A stretch of DNA of 64,000 nt, taken from the NCBI RefSeq assembly GCF_046119375.1, contig NW_027362764.1, positions 604,004,001-604,068,000 on the forward strand, written 5' to 3'. Position numbers and translations under genes: made by a program. Positions within the stretch are counted from its first letter, which is position 1; every line of letters starts with the position of its first letter. Positions 1-12,620 of the stretch are shown here, in pieces. The notes below the pieces were generated by a model. It did no database searches and was not told where the DNA came from. It was given only the letters and a program-made list of their open reading frames with translations. This DNA comes from Phyllobates terribilis. Taxonomy: Eukaryota.

Positions 1-137
1 GGATAATTATTATTTTTATTTTTTAGGAATCTTAGATTGATACCGCATAAATTATATTAACATTTCTAAATTTCTATGAAAGATAATAAGTTAATCAATA
101 TAAATAACAGATAATATTTTTTGAAGCTGTATTCGGC

Positions 138-795
138 ACGTTTCCACTGACTCCAACTCCACCGCCCTGTTGGTAAGGTAGAACCTGGGGGGGGGGGTTA
201 AAGTTCACACACAGTATAAGATATAAACTGTTGCACTGCGCTGAATATCTTTACTGAAATCCATGGTGAAACCACATTGGGCTAAATGCAGATTATGATG
301 CATCGATGCTTGACTCTTTTTCATTATAGAAACACTGAAGGACCCGTTGAAGCGCAAGAAGGTGCGAAACAGCCTTTGTCCATATTGTGTCCCATATACT
401 CCCTCAACCATTTTAACTATTTCTGAATAAAATGACTTTTAAGGGATGTGAGTGCCACCTTTCTCACTCAGTGACTATTGTTTGCCTCATTCGGAATCCC
501 TTTCCAGGAGGTGCATGTCCCATTGGTTATTTTTGTGAATAGTAGAATGTCATATGGTGCTGGACTTCCTTACCTGACGGCATTCTGTACGTTTCCACTG
601 ACTCCAACTCCACCGCCCTGTTAGTAAGGTAGAACCTGGGGGGGGTCGAGTTCACACACAGTATAAAATATAAACTGTTGCACTGCGCTGAATATCTTTA
701 CTGAAATCCATGGTGAAACCACATGGACTGAATTCAGATTATGATGCATATTTTGCGTTTTGATGCCTGACTTTTTTTCATTCTAGAAATGCTGA
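138..795. repeat. Local direct duplication of ~200 bp (138-338 and 589-795)
   Basis: acgtttccactgactccaactccaccgccctgtt...gttcacacacagtata...atccatggtgaaaccacat occurs twice, 451 bp apart, with few differences. Confidence 0.85.
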
Positions 796-820
796 CCCCA
801 CAACTATGCTTATACTCTTA

Positions 821-1247
821 AGGCCCCTTCACACTAAGCGACGCTACAGCGATCCCGACAACGATACGACCTGTCAGGGATCGTTGCTGCGTCGCTATGT
901 GGTCGCTGGTGAGATGTCAAACAGTCAGATCTTCCCAACGACGCAGCAATGATGCGGCGACCCGTAACGATCTGTATAACGATGCACGCCTATGTGTTTC
1001 TGTGTCTTGAGTCGTCAACAAGGTCGTTGGTAAGGTGTCAAACACACCGATGCATGCTACCCAGCGGGACCTCAACAATCAAAGAAATGTCCAGACCATT
1101 CCGACACGACCAGCGATCTCACAGCAGGAGCATGGTCGCTGCTAAGTGTCACACATAGCGAGATCGCTGCTGAGGTCACTGTTGCGTCACAAAACTTGTG
1201 ACTCAGCAGCGATCTCGCTAGTGATCTCGCTTAGTGTGACGGGGGCT
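821..1247. mobile_element. Harbinger/Tourist-like MITE
   Basis: Terminal inverted repeats (TIRs) AGGCCCCTTCACACTAAGCGA / TCGCTTAGTGTGACGGGGGCT, with TTA on both flanks (818-820, 1248-1250). Confidence 0.8.
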
Positions 1248-2527
1248 TTAAGGCTATATACCGTCTACCTCAAAAGACTCCTTCTTCCTAAAGACAGATT
1301 ACCTCCCATAATGATCTACCTAAGCAGCACCCTCTGGCCTTGATCTTCTGATGTCAGGGGGCACTTGAAGAGAAGAGGAGTTGGCAGCTGCTCCAGTAAC
1401 AGCCTTCACATTAAGTTTGGCTATACAAGATAAGAATTGACTTTTTCCAATAAATGTGGAATGTGATATTTATCCTGATTGCCTTCAGTTTTGTAGAGGT
1501 TTTGTTAATAATGTGACTCATTGACCATGTATGCCTGAGAAGATCAGATATACTGAGATCATTATGAGATGACTAGGTGACTGCCTCTTATGGTGGTTGC
1601 ATGGCCTCACTAGGGCCGCTGTTCTCCCACTAATATTGATTCTGGTACAAGGGCATTGGGGTTTGATCATTGTGTATAACCTTCCTTGCTGATTGCATTA
1701 TACATAGACTTGCGTAGGAGCACAACATGTGCATGGATATCTCTGAGAGAATGTGAAAATCACATTGACTTGCAAAAGGCTTAAATAATTCATTAAAACA
1801 TTTTTGATTCGTATGAATTAAGCATTTCTCCTTGTTTCCTGCTTCGTGAGGATGAGCGGAGCATTATTCATAGCTATTCAAGGGTCCCTTCTTGTGAGTT
1901 GGAAGTCAGCATTTTGTACAGCAGTACCCATGAAAATGTTATTTTAGTTGACATTTGTTTAGTGGAAATGCTGTCTGGAATAACTTACCAAACAGAAGGA
2001 ATATGGCCTCCTGTTCTAGCCAGAGATAAACACCATGAGGAGAATATAATAAGAGCTGGTGATGTGAATTTCAGAAAGTCCATAATACTGTCAAAACATT
2101 GCATAGTTATTAGCCCCCTCCATCACCTCTTACATATGACTTGTGAGTGACTCTATAGGGTAACAAACTGTGATTCAGTGACGTTACCATTTTACTACAA
2201 TAAATTTGTTATTACTATTTATTGGCCATTTACAAAGGAGTCAGATTCTTGGTTTACTGACTCCACAGCCCTGCTTACTAAGACTCAGCCCCTTAAAGGG
2301 TTTGTTGAAGACTTGACAGTTCCTTATTAATAGCTTCATTATGCAGCTTAAATAGAAAAATTGTGCACTTACCTCCCCAGAGGAGACAGTGCTGAGATAG
2401 GAGGAATGGTGCTTGTCCAGTTGGGTTGTTGGAATAGTGCTAGTCCGATTGGTACATTTTTGCTATGGTATGCTGAACGTTGGCGCTTTTAATAAGGACT
2501 TGTCCAAAAAGTGGACCTCGGCTTTAA

Positions 2528-2878
2528 AGGGGTATTCCCATATCCAAGATCCTATCCCAATATGTAGTAGGTATATTAATAATATTAATATTCGCAAATA
2601 CCTACAGTTACAAATGTAGTATAGTTCTTCTGGTGTCTCTTTCCTCATGAGCAGGGCATTGCAGGACCTTAGGCATCCATGGTTATGACCACTGATATAG
2701 TGACAGTTAGCTAGTTGCTAGTGGTCATAACCATGGATACCTAAGGTCCTACAATGCCTCAACATGAGGAAAGAGACATCAGAAGAACTATACTATATTT
2801 CTAATTGGAGGTATTTGCTAATATTACTATTACACCTACTACATATTGGGATAGGATCTTGGAGACTGGAATATCCCT
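2528..2878. mobile_element. T2/Kolobok-like palindromic MITE
   Basis: TTAA|AGGGGTATTCC start, near-complete inverted symmetry around ~2705, and an end reading GAATATCCCT|TCAA (decayed TTAA). Confidence 0.85.
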
Positions 2879-3736
2879 TCAATGCATCGCAGTTCCCTGG
2901 TAAGCCCTCTTTTAATAATCTGTACTTTATTATAATCATTCTGCACTTGCTTTACTGAAAATTTTCTCCTGGTACCCTCAATCTCTGATAAGCCTGTGAT
3001 AGATTAGCATGCATATACAGCAGCCAGTCTAAAGAGAAGGGGGGGAGGGGAGCCGCTGCCTGAACCAAAGACGAGAGGTGGGTAATACATGATAACTTGC
3101 TGATCTCTGGGGGTCTAACCTTTGGGACCCCCAGCAATCCTGAGAACTGAATGGAGTGGCGGTCAATCATTCGCAACCCAAGCCCATACATTGTTTATGG
3201 GACTGTTGGAAAGAGCCGATCACAGTTCTCAGCGGAGCTGCACATGCTTAAATGTCACTCGATTCCCATGTTACTTTGTAGTTTTCAGAATCTGTGGGAG
3301 CCCAGCGATCTGGAAGGTATCACCTATCCCACAAATAGGTGAGAGCTTGATATCTTCATAGTAACCATTTAATTAAAGTTTTAGTGATCTAGATCCATCA
3401 GTATTTTATCAGAAATCACCAGGTTTTGGCCACCATGCTTTCTTTTTAGGTTGCTACTCTTTTTGTTATTTAATTCTATGACATTAGCAGTAGAAGTGAC
3501 CTGAAAATATCATACAGGGCTATGGCTTGTTCATATTCCCTGCCGGTTCTCTCTGCTTTCTGTCAGCAGAAAATAGCAGTACAACAGTGAGAATTCTACT
3601 GATGGCTTCTCTGGAATTGAAGGAACTACTAATTAGGAAAATAAACCTATGCTTTCACAATGGAAAGTGGGTTGAAGGTGCAAGATACATTGGTCTGCGC
3701 AGTATAAAATGTGGCAAAATTCTAACAGTCATTTAA

Positions 3737-4714
3737 AGGGAACCAATGCAATCGAATCTGCAGGCAAATGTCACACACAGTGTAGGAAAGACAAAGTGCA
3801 ACACGAAGGGATGAACCGAAGGGAGCTCAGACGCTAAGGACAGAGGGGGTGAAGACCTCCTTGGCTGATCTGATATCACCCTGTCCTTCCCTATCGTCCC
3901 TTTATTGGTTGCTCACCAATCGCCGAGCAGGAACCTAAATCCTTTTTCTCCCTAGAGTTGAGGTCTGGCTAGGGAATGGGGGGGGGGGGGTGAGCTCTAG
4001 TCAGTCCCCACTAATACTAAAGACAGCAAGGGGAGACAGACACGGGGGAAGTAGCTTAGCTTGAGTTGACTTCAGAGAGATTGCACACACGTCCTTTTAG
4101 CACCAGAGAGGAAGTAAGAACTACACTTGCTCCAAGCCTTCACAAGGGGTCATGTGAATATCACCAGCGCCTCCCTATTGCAAAGTGAAGGTATTTATAC
4201 TCCAAGGCCAGGCTGTTAATTAGCAAGAGGAAGGTAGCCGATGGGTCCTAGAGTGAGACAGATCTAAGAAGGTGTCTGTAATGCCAAAAGAAGAGATCTC
4301 CTGCAACCAACTGCAGGGCGACTGTCACATCTGACACACCCGTGACAGCATGAATCAGAGAAAACATAGCTTGAAAACCTAGCTGGGGAAAATAGGCGGA
4401 AAGGAGACTAGTCTGGAGCCCCTCTACTCCCGACCAGCTTTTTGAAGGGATGCTCCAGGTGATTGCAAGGTCTCTCACTGGGTACACACATTGAAGAGAC
4501 CTTCCAATTACTTGGATCAGCAGAGGAAAAAGCCGTCCGTTGGCAGCGCCGGACTAGTCTTGTCTCTGCCTATAGACCCAGGCTCTTCAAACTATATTTT
4601 CTCTGAAACCCCAGAGCATTTCAAATAATAATATACCTGGCTGCCATCATTTAGTCAGGCTTTGATTCATCCTGTCCGTAGTTTGGGCAGCATGAATCGA
4701 CTGACAGGTTCTCT
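3737..4714. mobile_element. T2-like MITE interrupted by a solo LTR
   Basis: TTAA|AGGGAACC ... CAGGTTCTCT|TTAA termini. The ggca/gcatgaatcag motif is split by the LTR at 3769-4347. Confidence 0.7.
3769..4347 (-). mobile_element. Solo LTR (probably Gypsy-type)
   Basis: TGTCAC...GTGACA termini and a reverse-strand TATAAA near 4192. Resembles the LTRs at 9870 and 52936. TSD is imperfect. Confidence 0.65.
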
Positions 4715-5428
4715 TTAAGGTGAATCATTTCTTCCAATCTTCTTGTTCAATGTTTAGTTTTCTAAATCTTAGATTAAAAGGACTGTGTAATTTGTACATG
4801 TGTCGTCTACTTAGGTGGTCCATGAACTATCGACATAGGCTTTGGAGGAAAAGGCAGATTTACTGCAATGAGGAAAGTTTAATTAAGTTTGGCAGCTTGT
4901 AAAAACATTTTTATTTTTCTGTGGGCTCAGACTTATCTTGTGCGATAGCTGTATGCACTTTGAGTAATATTAATAAGTACAAACTTGCCAAGTGCTAGGA
5001 TTAGCTGTAAGCCACTGCAGCAAATCAGAATGCATGAAACCTGATTCCTTTAAGAATTTTTTCCATATTTGAAAACGTCTAATCACAGTACAAAATTCTG
5101 AGCGCTTACTATTGAGAGACGATTATAACGCTGTCATGCAAAATCACGATGCATGTTGAGTTCAGAATGACCGGAACTATTCTGCTGTCAGGTACATGAA
5201 CCTTTTGTTTTCATAATGTATTTAATTTTTGGTGTTTATAATTACATTTTTTTTCTGCGTATAGTCATGGACTATAAGATGAACCCAAATTTATAGGACA
5301 TCCCCCCCCATTCTTCTCTCAGACATTTAGGCACTTCTTTTTAGAAATGAACTGTTCAGCACAGTTGTATCTTCTACCCTTAACTACCTTGAGAATGTTT
5401 TGTAGAAAGTTTTTACATAATTTCTATC

Positions 5429-5580
5429 NNNNNNNNNNNNNNNNNNNNNNNNNNNNNNNNNNNNNNNNNNNNNNNNNNNNNNNNNNNNNNNNNNNNNNNN
5501 NNNNNNNNNNNNNNNNNNNNNNNNNNNNNNNNNNNNNNNNNNNNNNNNNNNNNNNNNNNNNNNNNNNNNNNNNNNNNNNN
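5429..5580. other. Assembly gap (N run)
   Basis: 152 N. Confidence 1.
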
Positions 5581-6170
5581 ACCAGTGTAACTTTATGTAG
5601 TATTAACTCTGGAATACTTCAACATATCCCATGGATTTTAAGATTGTTTTTTTTTTTGTGGCACATGATACTTTATAATAATGGTAAATTTAGGTTGATA
5701 TGTTTTGCATTTATTTATAAAAATATCAGAAATTTTACAAAAATGTGTTAAAAATTTCAATTTTCAAAATTTGAATGGCTATCCCTTTAATCCCAATAGT
5801 CATACCACACAAAAACATGAAGAAATAACATTTCCCTCACGTCTGCTTTACATCAGCACCATTTGTAAAGTGTTTTATTTTGTTAGCATTTTAGAAGGTT
5901 TAAAAATGTAGCAGTAATTTTTCATTTTTTCAAGGAAATTTACAAAACGTATTTTTATAGGGACCTGTTCAGTTTTGAAGTGAATTTCGGGGTCCTATAT
6001 GTTGGAAACCACCCAAAAGTGATACCATTTTAAAAACTGCACCCCTCAACGTATTTAACATTTCTTTCAGGTAGTTCATTAACCCTTCTGGTTCTTTTCA
6101 GGAAGTAATGGAAAGTGGCATGTCAAGAATGAAAAAGTTTATTTTTATCACCTAAATTATGATAACTTCT
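5581..6170. repeat. Fragment of an AT-rich non-autonomous DNA-transposon-derived interspersed repeat
   Basis: Composition and motifs (gacctgttcagttttgaagtg, accacccaaaagtgataccattttaaaaactgcacccctc) resemble a common anuran repeat as I recall it. No termini resolved. Confidence 0.4.
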
Positions 6171-6200
6171 GTACAGGCCACTATAGCCTGCAGACTCTAA

Positions 6201-6819
6201 AGCCCCCGTCTCACATAGCGAGATCGCTAGCGAGATCGCTGCTGTGTCACGGTTTTGGTGACGCAACAGCGACCTCACCAGCGATGTCGCTATGTGTGAC
6301 ACTTTGCAGCGATCAGGCCCCTGCTGTGAGATCGCTGCAAAGTGTCCTGGACCATTTTTTTGGTCGTTGCCCTCCCGCTGGTCAGCACACATCGCTTTGT
6401 GTGACCAGCGGGAGCAGCGATCAGGCTGGTAACCATGATAAACATCGGGTTACTAGGGGCACACGCGCACTTAGTAACCCGCTGTTTATCATGGTTACGA
6501 GCCTGCTAAAGTGAGCGGTAACCTCCCGCTCACTGTAGCAGAGTGGTAACCATGATAAACAACGGGTTACTAGGTGCGCGTGTGCCCCTAGTAATCTGAT
6601 GTTTATCATGGTTACCAGCCTGCTCCTGGTTCAGCAGGCAGGTAACCAGGAGCAGGACATCGTGGAAAGATTCTTTCCACGATGTCGCTGCTCCCCTGAT
6701 CGTTGGTGAGCCTGCCTGTTTGACAGCTCACCAGCGACCACATAGCGACGCAGCAACGATCCCTGACAGGTCGTATCGTTGTCGGGATCGTTGCAGCGTC
6801 GCTAAGTGTGACGGGGCCT
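6201..6819. mobile_element. Harbinger-like MITE, same family as 821-1247 in opposite orientation, with an extra internal multi-hairpin block
   Basis: TAA|AGCCCCCGTCTCAC ... GTGTGACGGGGCCT|TTA. The sequence at 6720-6819 is the reverse complement of 821-920. Confidence 0.8.
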
Positions 6820-7296
6820 TTAGGCCGTTATTTGGCCATGAACTGCCATGGCAAACATCAGGACCATACAATCAAGATCTCAAAGTGCTGATGAGGTTAA
6901 AGAGGAAGCCCCCACACACTCTGTTAACTATTTATATTCTGTAGTCACTATTGACAGCAGAATCTAAGGGGTCAAACGTGCATGGTCAGTGCCAACACTG
7001 ATTGTGGCTGATGCAGCAAGTTGTCAGCTATAGTGTACAGGTGAGAGTTACAGGATTGTCACCTGTCGGGGGAACGCTAGTCTCTTATATCGCAGCTCAG
7101 TAAAAAGACATATATTGGTCACTAAGGGGTTAACATTGAAGATCAAAGACGAAAATAATACTTTCCTTTTAAAAATACCTTAAGGAGGTATTCCCACCGA
7201 CATTTATCGTCTCTGCAGTGCATAGCTCATAAATCAGTACAGGTCTGGACGCTAAGACACGTACCTATTGCCAAGTGAGAAAGCCAGTAACTCCTA

Positions 7297-8868
7297 CAGT
7301 GGGTATGGAAAGTATTCAGACCCCTTTAAATTTTTCACTCTTTGTTTCATTGCAGCCATTTGGTAAATTCTAAAAAGTTATTTTTTTTCTCATTAAAGGA
7401 CACTCTGCACCCCATATTAAAAAACAAAAACTGAAATATCACATGGTGATAAGTATTCAGACCCTTTGCTCAGTATTGAGTAGAAGCCCCCTTTAGAGCT
7501 AGTACAGCCATGAGTCTTCTTGGGAATGATGCAACAAGTTTTTCACATCTGGATTTGGGGATCCTCTGCCATTCTTCCTTGCAGATCCTTTCCAGTTCCG
7601 TCAGGTTGGATGGTGAACGCTGGTGGACAGCCATTTTCAGGTATTTCCAGAGATGCTCAATTGGCTTTAGGTCAGGGCTCTGGCTGAGTCAGTCAAGAAT
7701 GGTCACAGAGTTGTTCTGAAGCCACTCCTTTGTTATTTTAGCTGTGTGCTTAGGGTCATTGTTTTGTTGGAAGGTGAACCTTCGGCCAAGTCTGGGGTCC
7801 AAAGCACTCTGGAAGAGGTTTGCATCCAGGATATCTCAGCACTTGGCCGCATTCATGTTTCCTTCAATTGCAACCAGTCGTCCTGTCCGTGGAGCTGAAA
7901 AAAAAAACCATAGCATGATGCTGCCACCACGATGTTTCACTGTTGGGATTGTATTGGGCAGGTGATGAGCAGTGCCTGGTTTTCTTCACACTTATGGCTT
8001 AGAATTATCACCAAAAAGTTCTATCTTCGTCATATCAGACCAGAGAATCTTATTTCTCATAGTTTGGGAGTCCTTCATGTGTTGTTGAGCGAACTCTATG
8101 CAGTCTTTTATATGTCTTGCACTGAGGAGAGGCTTCCGTCGGGCCACTCTGCCATAAAGGCCCGACTGGTGGAGGGCTGCAGTGATAGTTGACTTTGTGG
8201 AACTTTCTCCCATCCCCCTACTGCATCACTGGAGCTCAGCCACAGTGATCTTGGGGTTCTTCTTTACCTCTCTCACCAAGGCTCTTCTCCCACGATTGCT
8301 CAGTTTGGCTGGATAGCCAGGTCAAGGAAGACTTCTCGTGGTCCCAAACTTCTTCCATTTAAGGATTATGGAGGCCACTGTGCTCTTAGGAACCTTGAGT
8401 AATGCAGAAATTCTTTTGTAACCTTGGCCAGATCTGTGCTTTGCCACAATTCTGTCTCTGAGCTCCTTGGGCAGTTCCTTTGAGCTCATGATGCACTGTG
8501 AGCTGTGAGGTCTTATATAGACAGGTGTGTGCCTTTCCAAATCAAGTCCTATCAGTTTAATTAAACACAGCTGGACTCCAATGAAGGAGTAGAGCCATCT
8601 CAAGGAGGATCACAAGGAAATGGACAGCATGTGACTTAAATAAGAGTGTCTGAGCAAAGGATCTGAATACTTATGACCATGTGATATTTCAGTTTTTCTT
8701 TTTTAACAAACTTGCAAAAATTTCTACATTTCTGTTTTCTTCAGTCAAGATGGGGTGCAGAGTGTACTTTAATAAGAAAAAAATGAACTTTTTAGAATTT
8801 ACCAAATGGCTGCAATGAAACAAACAGTGAAAAATGTAAAGGGGTCTGAATACTTTCTGTACCCACTG
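7297..8868 (-). mobile_element. Tc1-like transposon (DD34E), full length, decayed transposase
   Basis: TA|CAGTGGGTATGGAAAGTATTCAGACCCCT ... TACCCACTG|TA with ~200-bp inverted repeats. ORF fragments MSSKELPKELRDRIVAKHRSGQGYKRIS and GRVARRKPLL...WSD. Stops, frameshifts and a D->N change at the second catalytic Asp. Confidence 0.92.
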
Positions 8869-9869
8869 TATATAGAGTGGTATACAGTAGACGGGTAATA
8901 AATGGGATCTCCTAGAATAGACATTTAATGAGGTCAAGTGAATAGAGACAAAGGTTCCTACTTAAAAAATGTTTCTGATTGCTGTCTCCTGGTGAAAGAC
9001 ACATATCAGATATATAACAAATAGCCGACAACTGTATCTAAAGGGTACCTAATAGGGAAGTCAAGATAATGTATGACAGCACGTATCTGAATATAACACG
9101 AGCTACAATTTTATCTTTCTTATTAAGCTGATAGAATTGGAAAGAATGGGAATCCCTGAACTTGCTTGCTTTTTCTTTTTCTATATTTCCAATAGATTTA
9201 AATGTGGAGAGCAATTAATATGAATAGTTATCTCTCCATTCACTCCCTACCTGAATGCAGTACCCGTCTTGCCTGGTAAAATGTGGATTGGCGAATCCTC
9301 TTTATCGGACATGTATATTGAAAAACCTATATACAAATGTTTTAACGTTTCTGGAAAAAATTTTGTGCATTTGAGGTTTTCACGTACAGTTTGTTAATGG
9401 GATTGTGTTGATGACCACAACGTAATCACAATTGGGACAAACTACATTTTTACAAACTGTTGATATCATGTTAGAAATCAAATTACTGTATATTTTGTAA
9501 ATAGTTCAGTATTATGTAGGTAAGTTACTGTGAAGTTATGTCACTGTTTTTGTAGTCATTGGTGCCATCCACCATTTGAGGCTGGTTGATCATTTTACTT
9601 AATGAACGGTATTAAAATAGAAACCTTTTATGACACCAAAAGATTGTTGTGTTATGATTGTCAAGTTTATCTAAGCCTCCTTTTAAAAAAAAAATAAAAA
9701 AATTTGGGTTTGGTGATGTTAACCCTTCTCATGCTTATAGGACCCAATGAAGCTCTGACCTTTTCTGCTGTTTGTAGGGTCCTTGCACTGAGTGTCTTAC
9801 TTGTCCATACCATGGCGTAAGTCATTACCAATATCTGAGGAGCAAGACATGCGCCCTTCAGGATTTTAG

Positions 9870-10543
9870 TGTCACAGGGATACCGCGACAGAGAGGGGCC
9901 AGAAGATTGCTGTTTCTGGTTTCACAAACTCCTGCACCGGTTAGAAGTATTTCACCATCTTGCGGGTTTTTTCTTCGCTGGCAGTGCAAGGGTTAATCTG
10001 TTCAGTTGGAGCACCTGGAGCTTTCCTACTTGGATTGTCTCAGCTGTTCAGTGTTGGCCACTCCACCCTGCTATATATGCTCGCCTCTGGCACTTAGGGA
10101 TTTCCAGTGTTAGTTCTTACTGCCTGGTGTGGAGTTGGAGATGTAGTTCGTGGTTGGTGTTTTCATTTGGAGATTTGTTCAGGAGATTGTTTCTTGGTGT
10201 TTTGTTTGTGTGCACATCCTCATCCTTTCCTATTTCGTTTCTCCTTCCTTTTACTCCCCTGTGTTCCACTCTGTTGTTTGGTAAGTGTATTTTGGATGAT
10301 AGTTATTTTCATTTATCCCTGTCCGTCTTCCCTTGTTTGTCTGGTTAGTGTTATGCTGTACTCTTCAGCTTCCCACCTCCCTGGGTGGGGGATAGGACAG
10401 ATAAGGGTTGTTATACGAGCATAGCAAGGCATCTGACCCCGGCGTCTCCACTTTAGGAGTAATCTGGGGAAGAGGGATAGACTAGGATGCCCCTAGTTCT
10501 AGGGACCTGGTTAGTGACCACAGTCCTAAGGCACTGTGTGACA
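9870..10543 (+). mobile_element. Solo LTR
   Basis: TGTCACA...TGTGACA termini and TATATA near 10073. The 3' part (10400-10510) is homologous to the reverse complement of 52960-53100. Confidence 0.7.
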
Positions 10544-10734
10544 AATAGTGAAAGATAGATTCTCTCAGCAGAAACACAAAGATTTATTTTTGATCTCTGC
10601 ATTCCCTCCATGGCAGTTCTGCAGCTCCCTCCAGTGCAAGAACCTGGCCAGCAGATTCAGACCCAGCTCCTGGGATCCCTTTGAGTCTGACATTTCCTAG
10701 CTAAGCTGATTGTGTACTGTATAAATTATGTTAA

Positions 10735-11286
10735 AGGGGTTGTTCACTACATTTTATTACCTCCCCAGTGTATTCCCCCGGGGCCCCTAAGTGGTTTTGT
10801 AATTACCTTGCGGTGCAGTTACTGCCTGTGAGCGGCGCTATCACTGGCTGCTCACAGGCATCACGTGACCCCCGGCTGCATCCGGCTCGGACAGCCGCTG
10901 ATGTCACATCATGATTCCGGATGCAGCCGGGGGTCTCTTCTGCGTTCCACCAGTGGATGCTGGGCTGTGGGTAGGGTTACCCCACACGTCACACCCTGCA
11001 TCCACCGCGCGCTCTCCCTCTCCCCATTCATTGGGAAAGCGCGCAATGGATGCTGGGTGTGACACGGGGGTAACCTCACCCACAACCCAGCATGCACCGC
11101 GGGGACCGCGTCACTGATGTCACGCCTCGCTTGACGTGACATCAGTGGCGGGTCACGTGATGCCTGCGAGCGGCCCACGGTAGCGCCACTCACAGGCAGT
11201 ATCTGCAACACAAGGTAATTACAAAATCCCTCAGGGGCCCCGGGTGAATACATTGGGGGAGTAATATAAAGTTGTGAACAACTTCT
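10735..11286. mobile_element. T2/Kolobok-like palindromic MITE with GC-rich hairpin core
   Basis: TTAA|AGGGGTTGTTCAC ... GTGAACAACTTCT|TTAA. Related copies at 47577-48031 and 58692-59232. Confidence 0.88.
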
Positions 11287-11649
11287 TTAACTATTATGTA
11301 ATGTATTGTTTGTTGTATATTTCTGAATGTCTTGTTGTAATGACTGTCTCAAACTGTAATGCTAATAAATAATGTGACATTCTTAGATAATCGCTCAATT
11401 TATTGAACCGAACGCCTTTATTTAGCAACCTACATAAGGAATATGTTTGTGTTTTCACACACTGAATTACCAAATCTCTTCAATAGCCTAATAAATTTAG
11501 AAATCTGTTTTGTAGACCGCTTTTGTTATGTAAATGTGTTGAATCTTGCTCTAAAAAATGAATCTTTTTTAATGTCTTGCAATAAATATCCTCCCCTTGT
11601 TTCACTTCTCATCTCCTCGTGCTTCATCTTGATTTTGTTTCTTTACAGA

Positions 11650-11716
11650 ATGATTGAAGACTGTGGGAAAAGGGGGAATAACATGGCCGACAGAAGGCAG
11701 TTGTTTGCAGAAATGC
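11650..11716 (+). CDS. dtna: Alpha-dystrobrevin, first coding exon (exon 11649-11716)
   Basis: Acceptor ttacag|A then ATG at 11650, donor C|GTGAGT at 11717. Encodes MIEDCGKRGNNMADRRQLFAEM(R), matching the alpha-dystrobrevin N-terminus as I recall it (human MIEDSGKRGNTMAERRQLFAEMR). 67 coding nt, phase 1. Confidence 0.95.
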
Positions 11717-12439
11717 GTGAGTAGCATCTTTTAGCTTTTACATTTTTGCAGACCTGTTTTACCAGACTGACTGATTTAAAGGAGTATTCCAGCCAAAATA
11801 ATTTATTCAGATAGTCTGGGGTCCTAATGCTGGGATCCCTGGGATCTTTAGAACAAGGGATTCTGGTTCCTTTCTCTCCCTTATTACGTTCGCTACATGA
11901 TTGCAGAAATAAAAAGTCTGAGAATGAGTTGTGCTCTTTTGAAGTCTATGGAGCTAATGTTGACAGAAGAGCGCTGCACTCAGTTGTTTCCTTTAGTGGA
12001 AACGACTTTTAATGGAGTAAGAGCGCAGACGATGCTTCCTGCAGGTGCCGTCTAATGCCGGGACATTATCTGCGCATCTGTCTCCTGTGTGTGACTTGGG
12101 GGGGATTGTTGGGTACAGAAGAAAGCACCACTATGTTTACATATAATTGATGAGTGCGGAGCTCAGAACTGACTTTTTTCCTTCAAAATCCGCAAAAACT
12201 GATAATGGCAAACCTGGAAAATACTCTGAGTAAATTAAATGTTGCATGTCTGTGAGTGGCTAATAACACAGCTTTGATGGCTTTGGGTTTCTATATAACA
12301 TGGACCAGCGCACTATGTCATCTACTGTGCCATCAGGGCAACTGTCATTTGGCTTTTTTTTCTCTTTCCAATACTATATTAACTCTTTAGAGGCAGTTTG
12401 TCGGCTCTGAAATCTGTATTAAAGTAAGCACAGGTCTTA

Positions 12440-12620
12440 GGCCAAGGCCCCACTATCAGTATTTTTTCTCAGGAGTGGGAGCCAAAAGCAGGATTGGGTG
12501 ATAAATGCAGAATTGGTGACTTGTTTCTATTCTACCTGTTCACTGATTGTTCCCCTCCTGGTTTTGGCTCCCACTCCTGAGAAAAAATACTGACCGAATA
12601 CTGATAGTGGGGCCATGGCC
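12440..12620. mobile_element. Short Harbinger-like MITE
   Basis: TTA|GGCCAAGGCCCCACTATCAGTATT ... AATACTGATAGTGGGGCCATGGCC|TTA. A partial second copy lies at 52787-52925. Confidence 0.85.

Noticed and set aside
5000-5197. Possible dtna 5'UTR exon ending at CAG|GTACAT (5192)
   Set aside because: Weak donor and no defined acceptor or promoter. Cannot be supported without transcripts or conservation data.
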